Assembly: GCA_965603825.1 (NCBI GenBank)
Contig: CBFDEM010000054.1
Coordinates: forward strand, 744,001-808,000
Direction: 5' to 3'
DNA length: 64,000 bases
DNA from: Blepharisma stoltei ATCC 30299
Taxonomy: Eukaryota > Protista > Ciliophora
Under the pieces are notes generated by a model. That model was given only the letters and a program-made list of their open reading frames with translations. It was not told where the DNA came from and did not search any database. The position numbers and the translations under genes are program-made. Position 1 is the stretch's first letter; every line of letters starts with the position of its first letter. Below, one piece after another: positions 10,201 to 22,267 of this stretch.

Positions 10201-12285
10201 ATGGATTCCCCACTAAATCTAGTAGATTTTTATGACTCACGAGGAGTTGGATATTATTTGGACTATAGAACTTCTCAGCTTAGCAGCTCTCAAGCACTAG
10301 GGCAGCCTGATTTATGCTACTTTATATGTGAAACCCGCAGACCTGGGCTTATTAAATACCTAAAAAAATCCTCCACAAAGGCTTATTATCATTTTGTATA
10401 TGGCCTGAATACGTCATCTTCTGAAAATATCCAGAATTATTTAAAAAGTTTTGAAAAAACCATGAAAAAATCCAAATGAAAAATTTCCACGATGTATTAT
10501 TGTGTTTATGATTTATTTTCTAAATTTGACTTACGAATTGAAATAACTGGCACGGCGGAGACCCATTATTTAATTAACTGTCAGTCTAAGAGGATCCAAG
10601 CTGGAAATATACATTGGCAAGGAGCTTATGTGAGCTCTGTTTTAAGATTTTTATATACAGAACCTATCCCTGGTTCAAGGCTTTTAGATGGTCCACTAAC
10701 TGTAAATGAGGTAGAAAATTTCGTTGAAATTTCAGCTCAGTTTTTAGATAGAGTTGGATTTGTGATTGGTGATAATAATGATACATGCAAATATAGAGAA
10801 AACTTGCTATTTGCGAAATTTAGTAATTATTTATTGAAATATAAAAGGTTTAAGCAGCATAACTCATTTTTCAGAAAACTCAGCCAAAAAGACCCAATGA
10901 TGGTTTTTTACTTATGCAAGTCTTATATTAAGCTTAGACGGTTTGAAGAAATCATTGACATCACGACCTGCCAAATTTCTATAACCCCATTCGCTTTTCC
11001 TTTATATTTTTTAAAAGCTTATGCCCATTATAGGCTAAATGAATATAAAGAAGCAAGAAGTATTTTACAGTACTTAATAGAGCTGAATTTAGAAGTTTTT
11101 TGCTTCTGGGAATGCTTATGTTGGTGCTATATAAAGGAAAAAAAATATGAGGCAGCATTTTTATGCTTGAATTGTTTTCCGATCTATGAGTCTGAGCAAA
11201 AAAATAAGGCTGATTATCCTACAGATGATGAGCTTATGATTCCTCAAAAAATACCGACAAGCAGTGCGTGGAATATTTGGAATAGGCCGCTGAGGTTTGA
11301 TTTTAAGACAAGTGATGATACAAAGCCTTGAACTAGCAGTGAAGAAGGCTCGTTAGAAAGGTTAAAATCATTGCAGTCAGCTAGATTAACCCATTGTGAA
11401 AAGAAACTATATAAAATTTTAGTTTATATGGAAAAACATGTGGAATGAGAAAACTTGTTAAAATTTAAAAAGAAACTTTTTATGCAGAATAATGGTGAAA
11501 TTTAAATAGGAACACTTCATGAAAGAGATAAGTTTAGTATGACTAATATAAGCAGCCAAGAAATTCTTAGGAGAAATGTATCATTAGCCACTTCGGATTT
11601 TGATACAATTGGGCTGGAAAGTGAAATTCAGACGGAAGGAATTTATGATCAAAATTTTTATGGGTCAGCCATTACACCCCGTGATTATTTTATAACTCCA
11701 TCAAATGATAATCGTCTAGCCCATTTAATGCACCCTTCTATGAGGACAGTCTCCAAAAAACTCACTGATTTGCTTAGCTATATGTACCTAGACCTCAAAG
11801 CTCTCTACGAATGGCAAAAACAAGCCGCAGAATCAGATGCCTTGCAAGACCAAAACCGACGTAAATTTTAAATAGCTTCCACTCTAACAAATAAAGGAGA
11901 AATTTGAATTAGAAGAGGAGCCCTAGCAGAAAGAATGCAAAGATCAAGACTAGCAGAAAGAGCTTATAGGCATGTCCTGGATTCTGGATTTTCTTTATAT
12001 GCACTATACAGATTAATGAAGCTTAACGTAAGAAGCGGAAACCCGAAATCTGCTGTATCCTGTATTGTGCAAATCCTTAAACAAATAGAAATAGAAAAAT
12101 TTATATTTGACACAGAATTTCTTCCACCCTGGCTAGGGATGATTTTAGCTGAAATTTGTAGCTCGTGTGGATATAGACAGCTGTATTCACTTGCAGTGGA
12201 AACTGAGGGGAATAATTACCCTATTTTAATGAGGTCTATAGAAGCTTTGAAATATTGGAATACGGATGGATCACATAAAAAATAG
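10201..12285 (+). CDS. ChAPs-family (Bch1/Bud7/Chs6-like exomer cargo adaptor) TPR protein (~684 aa)
   Basis: LGQPDLCY...YHFVYGLNTSS...(W)KISTMYYCVYDLFSKFDLRIEI...WQGAYVSSVLRFL and (W)IRRGALAERM...AERAY; four ORFs are joined by TGA=Trp and two introns. Confidence 0.8.
11495..11509 (+). other. 15-nt spliceosomal intron
   Basis: GTGAAATTTAAATAG; in-frame TAA. Confidence 0.8.
11861..11875 (+). other. 15-nt spliceosomal intron
   Basis: GTAAATTTTAAATAG; in-frame TAA. Confidence 0.85.
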
Positions 12286-12927
12286 TGTATTTTAAGCTAT
12301 AATTTTATTCAAAATATTTAATTTAAATGATCTTACTTACATAGATTTTCAAAAATAATAACTATAATAAAAAAATTTCTGAATTGTTATGGATTATTAT
12401 ATTTTTTAATCGATTATTTCTTTATAAGTAAGAAGCATTGAAAAAGATCTGAAAATGTTTTGAGATAGCAGATGAAGAATTTATAGAATGAAAAAGACTA
12501 AAGAAACAAAAATAAGGCAGACCCTTAAAATAAGAGATAATAGTAACTATAGCCTTCATAAAACTAATATAATTAGTCAACAATTTAATGTTTTACTAAA
12601 TTTTTAATGTGTTTTATATTAATAATGACTAGTTAAAGCCTCTATTATATTCGTAATTCTAGGAATAACACCAAGGATTATTTATCAATTGATATTTAAC
12701 AATATCTTTTATCTTTATTATGCCCAAAGAATCTTTCAAAAATTATGTATTATTTTTGAAGAATTTGGTGTTCTTATAGCTATGGCTCAAGGAAGAAGAC
12801 ACATATCCTTTAAAGACATTTTTATGGGTTTACTTCTACCAAAATAGTATTTCGATTTTACAGACTAAAAAGTTTCTTAAATCTTACATATTACCAAAAA
12901 ACTAATATTAATTACACCAGCATCGAA

Positions 12928-15333
12928 TTACTCATTTCAGAAAGAAGTATTTATATGAGGTGCTCTATCAATAGAGTAGTACTGATCTCTGCATAATTGA
13001 TAGTAAGTTGATGAGTAGGAGTTGAGCTTTTTTAATTCTGATTTAAACTCATCTAAACTCATTTCGCAATTGTCTATGTCAGTAATAAAGCTTATCTGTT
13101 CATCATTAACTTTATTTACAAAATTCCCAAACAAAATTGACTCTAGTTGCATTCCTCCTTCTTTCTTTGCTGCTTCTTTCAGAAGTCTATCCTTTCTCTT
13201 AGCCATAGAGTAGCCCTCAAAAATGGTTCAGATTTTTTCTGGAGTGTGATTTTCAAATGAATGCAGGCCATTTTCAGTTTTCCTCAAAGCATGCGCTAAT
13301 TCATGTAAGTACGCGATTATTTTTACACACTGAAAGAATGGTGTTTTTTGCTTGGTTATTGAATTGATTAGAATGAACCTCCTAAGACCGTCACTCCATG
13401 AGTTCTTCAGGGTAAATCTACATAAAATGTTTTTTCTTCAAATCCTACTGCACTTGCAAGATCATACCCATACTCTGTAAAAGCGGTGCGCGCCACATTA
13501 GATTCCACAATTGATAAGAAAAGATCTTTATCAGATGAAGAAACAGGCTCACAAACACTTCTAATCATATTGGCAGCATAAGAGTTAGCTTCAGTCAAAA
13601 TATTATCATGAAAGCCATGTTTAAGATTCATGACAAAAATGGTCGTGAAATGTGATACAAAATAAAGGCGAAGTGGATATATTTGGAACACCTCTTTTGA
13701 TTAAGACTGAATGAATTCAGAATTCTATCTTTGTTGCATCATTTAGCTGCTCATACCCAATTTTAGATGGATTGCTCTCATCAATCTGAGCGTCTATATA
13801 GCTATATGTTGAAAAATTTCTAGTATTTTTTTTGGAATTTCCATGTCGTTATTTAAAGTTATCTCGGTTATTGCCGTAAAAAAATGCTTATGCCAAAGAT
13901 CGGTTGCTCTTTGTAACTCTTCTGATCCTAAATTTATTATAAAATCGTATAAACTTGGGATGTAATGAATAATTTGCTGAATTGAAGTATAATAATGTCC
14001 GATCTCTTGAATTGGGAATGTATTTTGTGCCAAATAATTGACCAAGTAAAGTATATAATCACTTATTATTACCTCTCTTTCATTTGTGCTTCCTCTATTG
14101 TTGTTCGTTAAAGTATATATTATCATTTGCTTTATTACAGTTTCTTCATTTTCTTTTCCAGCAGCTCCATGCGAGAGCTTTTTAAAGTAAATACCCAAAA
14201 AGTCGCTCATGTATAATTGAGACTTTAGTTGATTGTCAACAAAACTGATTAAATAGTTCCGTGTTTTGCGTTTTAAAAACAATAGATCAACAATTTTGCC
14301 AAAATTTGGATAATCTAGTGAGCTACCTATATTCTCATAAATCATTATTTTTGGTACAAACTAAGCACAGAAATGATTTTTTTAACGCTAATATCTGGAT
14401 TATTAGAATAGAAGTCAATTAGCTTATTGAAGCAAAGAACTGTAAATTGATTTGACTGAGAGCATAATTTTAAAAAGAGAAATTTATCGTCCTTATTGTT
14501 CTTATCAAACATGAAATTTCAAATGTTTTGGAAAAAAGTATCATCTTTTTCTAATTCAGGTATAGCGCTTTCCCGAGGATGGCGCGGAATGGCGCCATCC
14601 TCGGGAAAGCGCTATATTCATACACAATTATATTTTGCTAGGATTGCCATCAAGCATACCAAAGCTTGTCTCGAGTGGATTTTTTGGGCCAGCAAGCATC
14701 AATTGCCGCTTTTGCCATTTCAGTATTGATCAAATAGATCAAAATTATATTCTGCCAAGCTGCTCATAATAAGTAAATAAAGCTCTGCCCATAAAAAGTC
14801 ATCTTTTTCTTGGATCAATCAGTCCAAGAAATATCTAAATTTTTCATCACGTATTAAGCTCACACTTGGCTCTATTTTATATCTTATAGCGAAAGTTAGT
14901 AGCAAAGACAATAGTGTGTGAGACTGGTCTTCTGTGCTTCAATAAAGTAAATCATAAGGATTAAGATTTTCTCAATCTAACTCTTGCAGCTGCTTTATTA
15001 ATTCTGTGCTGACCCTATCTTTTATAGATTCTGGAAGATCATCATTAGATTTGCAAAGGAATTCAAGAACGATATCAGCGTATTCTGAATCAACTAAATC
15101 TTTGAGACTGGAGTAATCCACACGTCCTGCAAAGCTTGGATACCCAGCACTCATAAGCACTTTGAAAGCTTTTTTTGGCTCAGAGAAGAGTTGGCTTGTG
15201 AATGCAGTCCTATCTAGAATTGAGCTGAGCTCATTCGTTATGATATCTTGCTTTTTGGAGTCTAACGATTTTCTAAATACTGTCTGATTTGAGGAAAAAA
15301 ACCAATTAGGCTAGAGGGAAGGTTTGCTAGCAT
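12928..15333 (-). pseudogene. Disrupted gene for a large helical protein with a C-terminal HExxH zincin-like metallopeptidase domain (multiple frameshifts plus a palindromic insertion)
   Basis: Fragments join into one protein: DLP(W)RTHGVTVLG/FILIN...IIAYLHELAHALRK (13291-13305)...HTP...EGGMQLESILFG; about 6 frame changes and a 54-bp insert carrying TAG. Confidence 0.7.
14561..14616. mobile_element. TA-bounded perfect palindrome (IES-like / micro-MITE)
   Basis: TATAGCGCTTTCCCGAGGATGGCGC-GGAATG-GCGCCATCCTCGGGAAAGCGCTATA; 25-bp perfect arms, 33/56 G+C; removing 54 bp between the TA repeats restores the host frame. Confidence 0.8.
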
Positions 15334-16356
15334 TCTATTTAATAATTATTATTAGAATGAAAACCATTAGTTAAAATTACAATTTATTAGATATTTAATT
15401 TATAAATTTTAAACACTTCATCTTTTATTCATATTTTCTTATTCCTCACTTTATCAAATTATTCATAAAATTAAGCATCCAATGATTAGCCCGTTGGTTC
15501 TCAATGAAATTTATTTCTATATTGAAATCTCAGATTATCTGAATATGTGGTTAAGGATATGCCAAACTACACCTTATAAAAGCCCCTTCGCTAATATTCT
15601 CATCCCTAATATTTCATATACCTATATTTCATTCTAAATATATCAATTATCAAGTCAATTTTGGCTAAATCAATATTAATAATGAACGAAACTTCAAAAA
15701 TCATATAGCTGTATTATTTTTAATTCAAAATATCAAGCTTTTATAGATTTATTTTAACAATATTTAATTTTTCAAGTAGATCTCATCAATGAGCGTCAAA
15801 TCTTAGATTTATAAATTTTATATTTTAAAAAAATATTTGCAATCCAATAAAAACTCAGATATTATTATTAGAAAAAATACAATATATGACTAGTATTATG
15901 CTTGTGCAGTCTAAATATAATACTCATAATTCTATCTATATAATCATCAGCCTCATTTAATGGATTTTTCTATGCGAGCAGTCTCAAGGCCTCACTGACA
16001 TGCTTAGCTGCATGATATTAGCCAAAAGGCTCCCTAAAGATATCTAAAACTAGCTTAAAAATCTGATGCCTGACAAGTCAAAAATTGATATTATTTAAAT
16101 AGCTTTTATCTTAAAAAATAAAGAAGAAATCCTAACAAGAAGGGAGCTATTGAAGGAAGAGCTTATAGACACGCTGTTTTTCCTTAGGGTAGAAATGGAG
16201 GAGAATAATTTACTTATTTTGATCAAGCCTTTGGAAGCTTTACAACATTCTAATACAATATATATCACATACAATTATGTATTTTTGCCAAAAAATTATT
16301 TTTTATTTATAGAGCTCTTAAATTAATTAAAAGATTAATTCACAGATTATTTTCAT

Positions 16357-19173
16357 ATGGAGTCAATTGAAGTTCCACAGATCACAGAGAAATGTGCAGG
16401 GATTTATTCATTGAACACCTGCATTGAAGAAAGACTGGAAAGCTTAGTCAGCACTTGGGCCAAATTGGTGGTCAAACGACCTTATATTTTTATTGTCCTC
16501 TCCTTAATAATAGGCTCAGCTTTGACAATTGGACTTTATTTTTCAAATGTAAATAACGATGTTGACGAAATATGAGTTCCTACTGATTCTGGAGCAAAGA
16601 ATCATAAAGATATTGTTGAAAAAGCTTATGGGAAAAGTGAGCGACGATATCAAATTTATATAACTTCAGCCACAAACAATACCAATTTATTAGAAGTTGA
16701 GCCTTTTGAAGAGCTTATAACTTTTAACAGCCAATTAAAACAGCTAAATTTCTCAGGAATTTGTATGAAAATAAATGCATCAAATCCTTGCAGATTTTAC
16801 GAATGACCACTAGGGTTTTGAGAAAATTTTGACAATACCATAATTTTTGATGCAAAAACTCCTTATCAAGTCCAATACAAAATTCAAAGCGGGAAAGGCT
16901 TAGCAACTTTATATCCAAACTATGATGACCGATATATTTCTATCATTGAAATGCTGTCTGGGCGGCTTCCTTATAATTTAACTGTTGACTCGGATGGGTC
17001 AAATAATATATATTACTTTGAAGCTATGCAGTATGAGTATTATACTCAGCCTAACGACCTATCAGATAGCGAAATTTCTGACTGGGAATCAGAATTACGC
17101 GATTTTGTTAAAAAATTTAACGAAAAAAGTATGTATATTACTGCTGACCTTTATTTTTTAGGATTAGTTAAAAGTGATTTTGTGGACTCTTTAAGCTTTG
17201 ATTTAGTGCTTTATGCTGGAGCTATGGTTTTTATATTTTTATACTCATTTTTTATCATAGGAAAATGCCATCCTACATTATGCAGATTTCCATTAACTCT
17301 TGCAATGATAATTTCCTATGCAGTTGCCATCCTAGAAGCTCTTGGTATTATGGGATATGCAGGCTTTGAGCTTATTTCTTCAAATCTCGCAATATCATTT
17401 TTCCTTGCCATCGAAACTGTATTATATTGTTCATATCTTGTGAGGTCAATAGAAAATATCTCTATAGAGCCTGGGGAAACTATTTATTATGATAGAAAAT
17501 TTGTTTTTGGGTTTAAAACAGTTGGGGTCTCACTATTTAAAACAATGCTAATTACAGTGACAGCATTTTCTATTGGAAGTATATCGAAATTTCCAGCAAT
17601 TTCAAGCTTTTGTACTGCAAGTGCAATTGCTACAATTTTTTTGTATTTTAATTGTATGACTTTATTTTCAGCATGCTTGTTTTATGATTTTAAGAGGGTT
17701 TTACAGAATAAAAGAGACTGCTGTGGGCAATGCCTTTGCTCGCCAAAAAGTATTTTATGCTGCAAAGGAAAATGTGCTGCAAACAGCCTAGATCAAGAAA
17801 TTTCAATTTTTCAGCTTTTTATTGAATATAAAATAGTAAAACTACTGCTGAAGAAAAGTATGATATATTTTGTGATCTTAATTTACCTAGGAATTATTGC
17901 TGCAGGTATTGCAGGAATATTCCAAATTAACCAAGAGCTTAAAGTAGATTGACTTGTCAAAAATCATTCCTCACAGATAAAAAGCGCAATAGACATTAAA
18001 GACAAATATTTTGGTGATCGAGGACACATAGTAGGGTTTTATATGACAAATACAGATTTTTCTTCAAAATCTTCACAGTTAAGAATGATAGATTTGTCAA
18101 ATGCTATGAGAAATTGTGATGGATGCAACAAAAAATGAATAAAGGATGGAACTGTGCAGTCGTTTTATGATTCATTAATAGACTGGGTAGGCCAATCTTT
18201 TTGTAAGATTGATAATTCAAATCAAGCTGTAACTCTTGAAAGCGGAGTGATTCCACAATTTTGGTTTAATTCATGTTTACAGCAGTTTTTACAAACCCCA
18301 TTAGGAAAATATTATTCTAATGATTTAATTATGAAAAATGGGTCGCTTGATACCGCAAGATTTTCAGCCAGGCTAAAATTTGTGTCTACCAAATCTGACT
18401 GTGTGCAGCTAAAATTCGATCTATCTGATATTTCTGATAAAGGGCCAGGGTATACATTCCCATACAATAAAAATTTTCTTTATTATGCACAGCTAGAAAG
18501 CTTATCAAACGATTTTCTTATTTTTTGTTTAATAGTGATCCTTTCAGCTGGCTGCTATACTTTATTTTTAACAGTTTTCCCATCCTCAATAGTCCTACTG
18601 GTAGTCAATATACTTGCAATAGAGCTAGGTGCTATTTTCTCTATGTGGGTGCTAGATGTAGCTTTTAATGTTGTCAGTGTGCTGCATTTATATATGATAG
18701 CAATAGTGGCTTGTGAATTTTCTGCCCATATTATACATTCATTTATAGCTCAGCCTGGCTCCAAAAAATATAGGCTGAAATTTATGTTTAAGTATATAGG
18801 AAGCTCGCTGCCTCATGTAGTTTTATCAGTTTTTATAGCGATTTTGGCATTTTTGATTCCGACTGAGTCATATATTTTTTCAGTTTGGGCCAAAATATGG
18901 GGGAGCTCGATGGCTTTTATACTTTTTGACTGCTTTTTCGCATTGCCAATACTTTTAAGCTTATTTGGGCCTCAGACAGTTACCCTTGATGAATTAAGTT
19001 CAAAAGTAGAAACTGATGAAAATGCTCAAAGGAAAATAGAGGTTATGGATTACCAATGGGCTAAAAAAGAATCAGTTGAGTATCTAAAAGAAAACAATGA
19101 TGATAATGTTCGCTTTAACATTAGTGACAGTACCTTTGTAGAAAACAATGAAAAAGTAATATTTTATAAGTAG
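16357..19173 (+). CDS. Patched/NPC1-like RND-fold sterol-sensing membrane protein (~938 aa)
   Basis: EI(W)VP after TM1, luminal loop, SSD (FPAISSFCTASAIATIFLYFNCMTLFSACLFYDFKR), second TM repeat (CEFSAHI, LPILLSLFGP); three ORFs share a frame across TGA codons. Confidence 0.88.
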
Positions 19174-19376
19174 CTAAGCTAATTTTCTTCTTAATTTATT
19201 TAAATCACCCGCTTGTAAGTTCCGCATTTTACCTTTAAATCTTTTTAAGATTTTTCAAAAATAGAATTATTATGATTTTTATAGGCTAATAATGCCAGTT
19301 TAATTTTTAACTCCAATCCTCTTTCTTCTTAATTCTATTGAATAAGGCGCCATATAAAGAAATTTTAATATTTAAA

Positions 19377-20312
19377 ATGACGAGTCCAACAAGCCCAATT
19401 ACAAAACACTGCTCAAATATTATGCCAAACTTCAGGTTTGAAAAACATATAGGATCAGGAAGTTTTGGGTCAGTTTACAAAGCATTCGATAGAAATAAAA
19501 ATATTTATGTAGCAGTTAAAAGATCGGCAAAAATAGGAAGCCTTGTCTCTAGAGAATACAAAATTCTTAAAGAGACTGAAAAGTGTGAAAATTGTGTACA
19601 GTTATTAGATATATTTTATACGGTCAATGACCAAGGTGGCTGTATCCAGCATCTCGTTTTCGAGTATGTCCCTGAAAACCTATCAAGGTTTATTAGAGAG
19701 CGTTGTAAATCTCACAACTATTTGACTTATGATGAAGTTTCTAACATCATGAGACAAATTCTCTTAGGCTTGGAATTTTTGCATTCCAAGAAAATTATGC
19801 ACAGGGACTTAAAACCGGAAAATATTTTGATAGATCCTATCACCATGAAAGTTAAACTTTGTGACTTTGGAAGCGCAAAGAAACAGAATGGGAAAAGTGC
19901 GCCTTATATAGTTTCAAGATATTATAGAGCGCCTGAATTAATATTTTGTAACACAGAATATGGCCCAGAAATTGACATTTGGGCTGCAGGCTGTATTTTT
20001 ATTGAATTATTTACAGGAGTCCCTACATTTATAGGAAAAAGTGAAGGAGACCAGTTTATCCAGCAAGCTAAAGTCCTAGGCCCTCCAAGTTTGTCAGATA
20101 TCACACGACTTGTGGAAAACACTGTAATTAAAGTCAAAATTGCAGCAAAGGCGACACAAATTGGAGTTAGAAGAGATATATCTCAAATGCTGCCGAAGGG
20201 GAATAAGTCTGCAGAAGCTCTTGAATTAATTGAAAAAATGCTGTCATGGGACTATAAAAAGCGGCCAAGTGCGAGAGATTGTCTTGAACATCCATTTTTT
20301 TCTAATAATTAA
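19377..20312 (+). CDS. GSK3-like CMGC Ser/Thr kinase
   Basis: GSGSFGSV, HRDLKPEN, KLCDFGSAK, PYIVSRYYRAPELIF; first ATG at 19377. Confidence 0.9.
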   Translation: MTSPTSPITKHCSNIMPNFRFEKHIGSGSFGSVYKAFDRNKNIYVAVKRSAKIGSLVSREYKILKETEKCENCVQLLDIFYTVNDQGGCIQHLVFEYVPENLSRFIRERCKSHNYLTYDEVSNIMRQILLGLEFLHSKKIMHRDLKPENILIDPITMKVKLCDFGSAKKQNGKSAPYIVSRYYRAPELIFCNTEYGPEIDIWAAGCIFIELFTGVPTFIGKSEGDQFIQQAKVLGPPSLSDITRLVENTVIKVKIAAKATQIGVRRDISQMLPKGNKSAEALELIEKMLSWDYKKRPSARDCLEHPFFSNN

Positions 20313-20721
20313 CAAAGGTCAATGTAAAATTTTTAATATCTTTTATGAATCTATTTCCTTAATTGCAAAATCCTATAATTTAAGTATGTAGTATCTAATA
20401 TTTAACGTATAAATTTAATAAAAAATTGAAAACCCAGGAAGCTTATTAATAAATTGTAATCAATTAATTCATTATGCTAATTAATCAATAAAGTTCATAT
20501 TTTTAGTGCAATTAATATTCTCTTGCCATAATTAGTTAATAAACTGCGGCTTCTTTGAGGAGCTGATCTCTCAAAGATTATCTGAAACTAAAGCATAAGC
20601 TCGCTTATAATTCAATAACTGTCAACGGATAAATATGGAGTACGTGTTGAAAAGTCACTCTTAATAGTAGTAAAATGATAATTAAATCTATTTTATAAGT
20701 AAAGCTCTCATGCACATATGC

Positions 20722-21063
20722 TTAGGAGAAAAAATAATCCTCGCACGAGAAGAGTTTTACAAAGCTAATCCCTTCTCCATACTGAGTGCCATGATCAACC
20801 ATTATAGTCCTCGACGATGGCTCATCAACAGCTATGCACTGAGGCTCGAATTTCTTGCACAGGACGACTCTTTCTTTATATTTCTGCTTCAATAAATACT
20901 TCTGAGCATGGCTTCTTATCTGGTTTTGGGATCTAGTCTTCACCACGCCTGCGACCCTTTTCCAATCGTGGCCGAAGATTGCTAAACCTTCTTCAAACAG
21001 TTTTTGCTCTTCTCTGGACCACTTCCCTGCGTTTACCTTGCTTTCTATTGTTTGAATTTTCAT
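20722..21063 (-). CDS. Single-Myb SHAQKY-class transcription factor
   Basis: GKWSREEQKLFEEGLAIFGHDWKRVAGVVKTRSQNQIRSHAQKYL. Confidence 0.92.
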   Translation of the reverse strand: MKIQTIESKVNAGKWSREEQKLFEEGLAIFGHDWKRVAGVVKTRSQNQIRSHAQKYLLKQKYKERVVLCKKFEPQCIAVDEPSSRTIMVDHGTQYGEGISFVKLFSCEDYFFS

Positions 21064-21487
21064 TACTTTAAGCTTTCTCTTGGTAATTATTTATTAAGGA
21101 TACTTAAGATACGAAAAGTTATGCATTTTACGAATGGATTATATTTTCATTTATTAATAAAAATTTATGGAATTTTGGGCTTTGAGAAACTTTTTAACTG
21201 GCTTGTTTGGCTGTAAAATTAGTTGAATTCTAAAAAAAATATGTCAACAATTTAAGTTAAATTTAATTATCATAAAAACTTATTGATCAAAAAATCGAAA
21301 AATAATTAGTTAAGATCATAGGAATAGTTTTAAGGCATATAAAGGATATTAATTTGCTAAATATGATTGTTTTTTCAATTCTTAATAAGTAATCTTATAG
21401 AAATTAAATTTTGGCTTCAATAATGATTATTTTTTTAAAAAGACATTACCAAAAAAGAATCATTTCAAAAACGCTGTGCATCATAAA

Positions 21488-22267
21488 CTACTCTTTCCCT
21501 TCTAAATGCTCAAGACTCCCTGTCAGTCTTTCTCCAAATAACCTTTGCAAATCTTTTATTTGTTGTTCAGTCAACCCTTGTGCATTTTCTGCATAATTTT
21601 CTTTCCTCAGCATTTCCCATACTTTTCTGATATTTTTTATATCAGTTAATACCTTCACTTTTTCCTCAATTTCTTCTATAGTATATCCTTCATCGACCAA
21701 AGCTTGTATATCATTCTCAAAATGATCTTTAATAAATCTATAGTCATCGTCTTCTTCTTTAAACTCCTCCCTCATATGTTTAGGTAAGTCATTAATAATC
21801 CAATTTATAAAATCATTTCTCAATGCGATTTCATTAAGCCCAGTAATTTCATTATAAGAATCTCTTGCAACATGTTGACAATTATGTCTAAATAAATGAT
21901 AATCTTCTTTTAAAGCATGTTTTCTGAATATCCTATTTGCGTCTGAAACTTTGAGGCCAGGGAGAGCTCGAGCTTTTCTGAATGGATCTGATGGCAGATA
22001 GTCTCAATAGTCATATTTGATGTCAGGCTCAACTGAATCTTCTGTGTAGTTATAGCTTATTTTTCTTCCAGAAGCGGTAGTTGCTATTAAATATGAGTGT
22101 TTTCCACTTAAAATCTTGAGAGGATTTGATAGATCTTTGCATCTTTCTTCAATCCAGGTTATTTCTTCTGATTCATATGGAATATCTACCCTATAAAAGT
22201 GATCGTAGGCTGCAGAAGAAGCTATAGAAGAAACGGAGAAACCCAGAGAAAGCTTGAGATTTCCCAT
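21488..22267 (-). CDS. Permuted papain-fold (PPPDE/LRAT-like) protein with acidic helical C-terminus (~259 aa)
   Basis: Two ORFs are joined by TGA 22004-22006; KHSYLI (His) and DYHLFRHNCQHVA (Cys) form the catalytic dyad in permuted order. Confidence 0.72.

Noticed and set aside
14340-14355. AAA-TAA as a Euplotes-type +1 programmed frameshift
   Set aside because: The downstream ORF needs a -1 (or +2) shift, and the other shifts in this gene lack the motif
16110-16325. Open stretch KEEILTRRELLKEELIDTLFFLRVEMEE... upstream of the Patched-like gene
   Set aside because: No supported start codon or canonical intron and no recognisable domain
12300-16350. Terminal inverted repeats bounding the zincin island as a transposon
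   Set aside because: Only a ~9-bp match (CATATCCTT) was found, and no transposase or reverse-transcriptase motifs were seen
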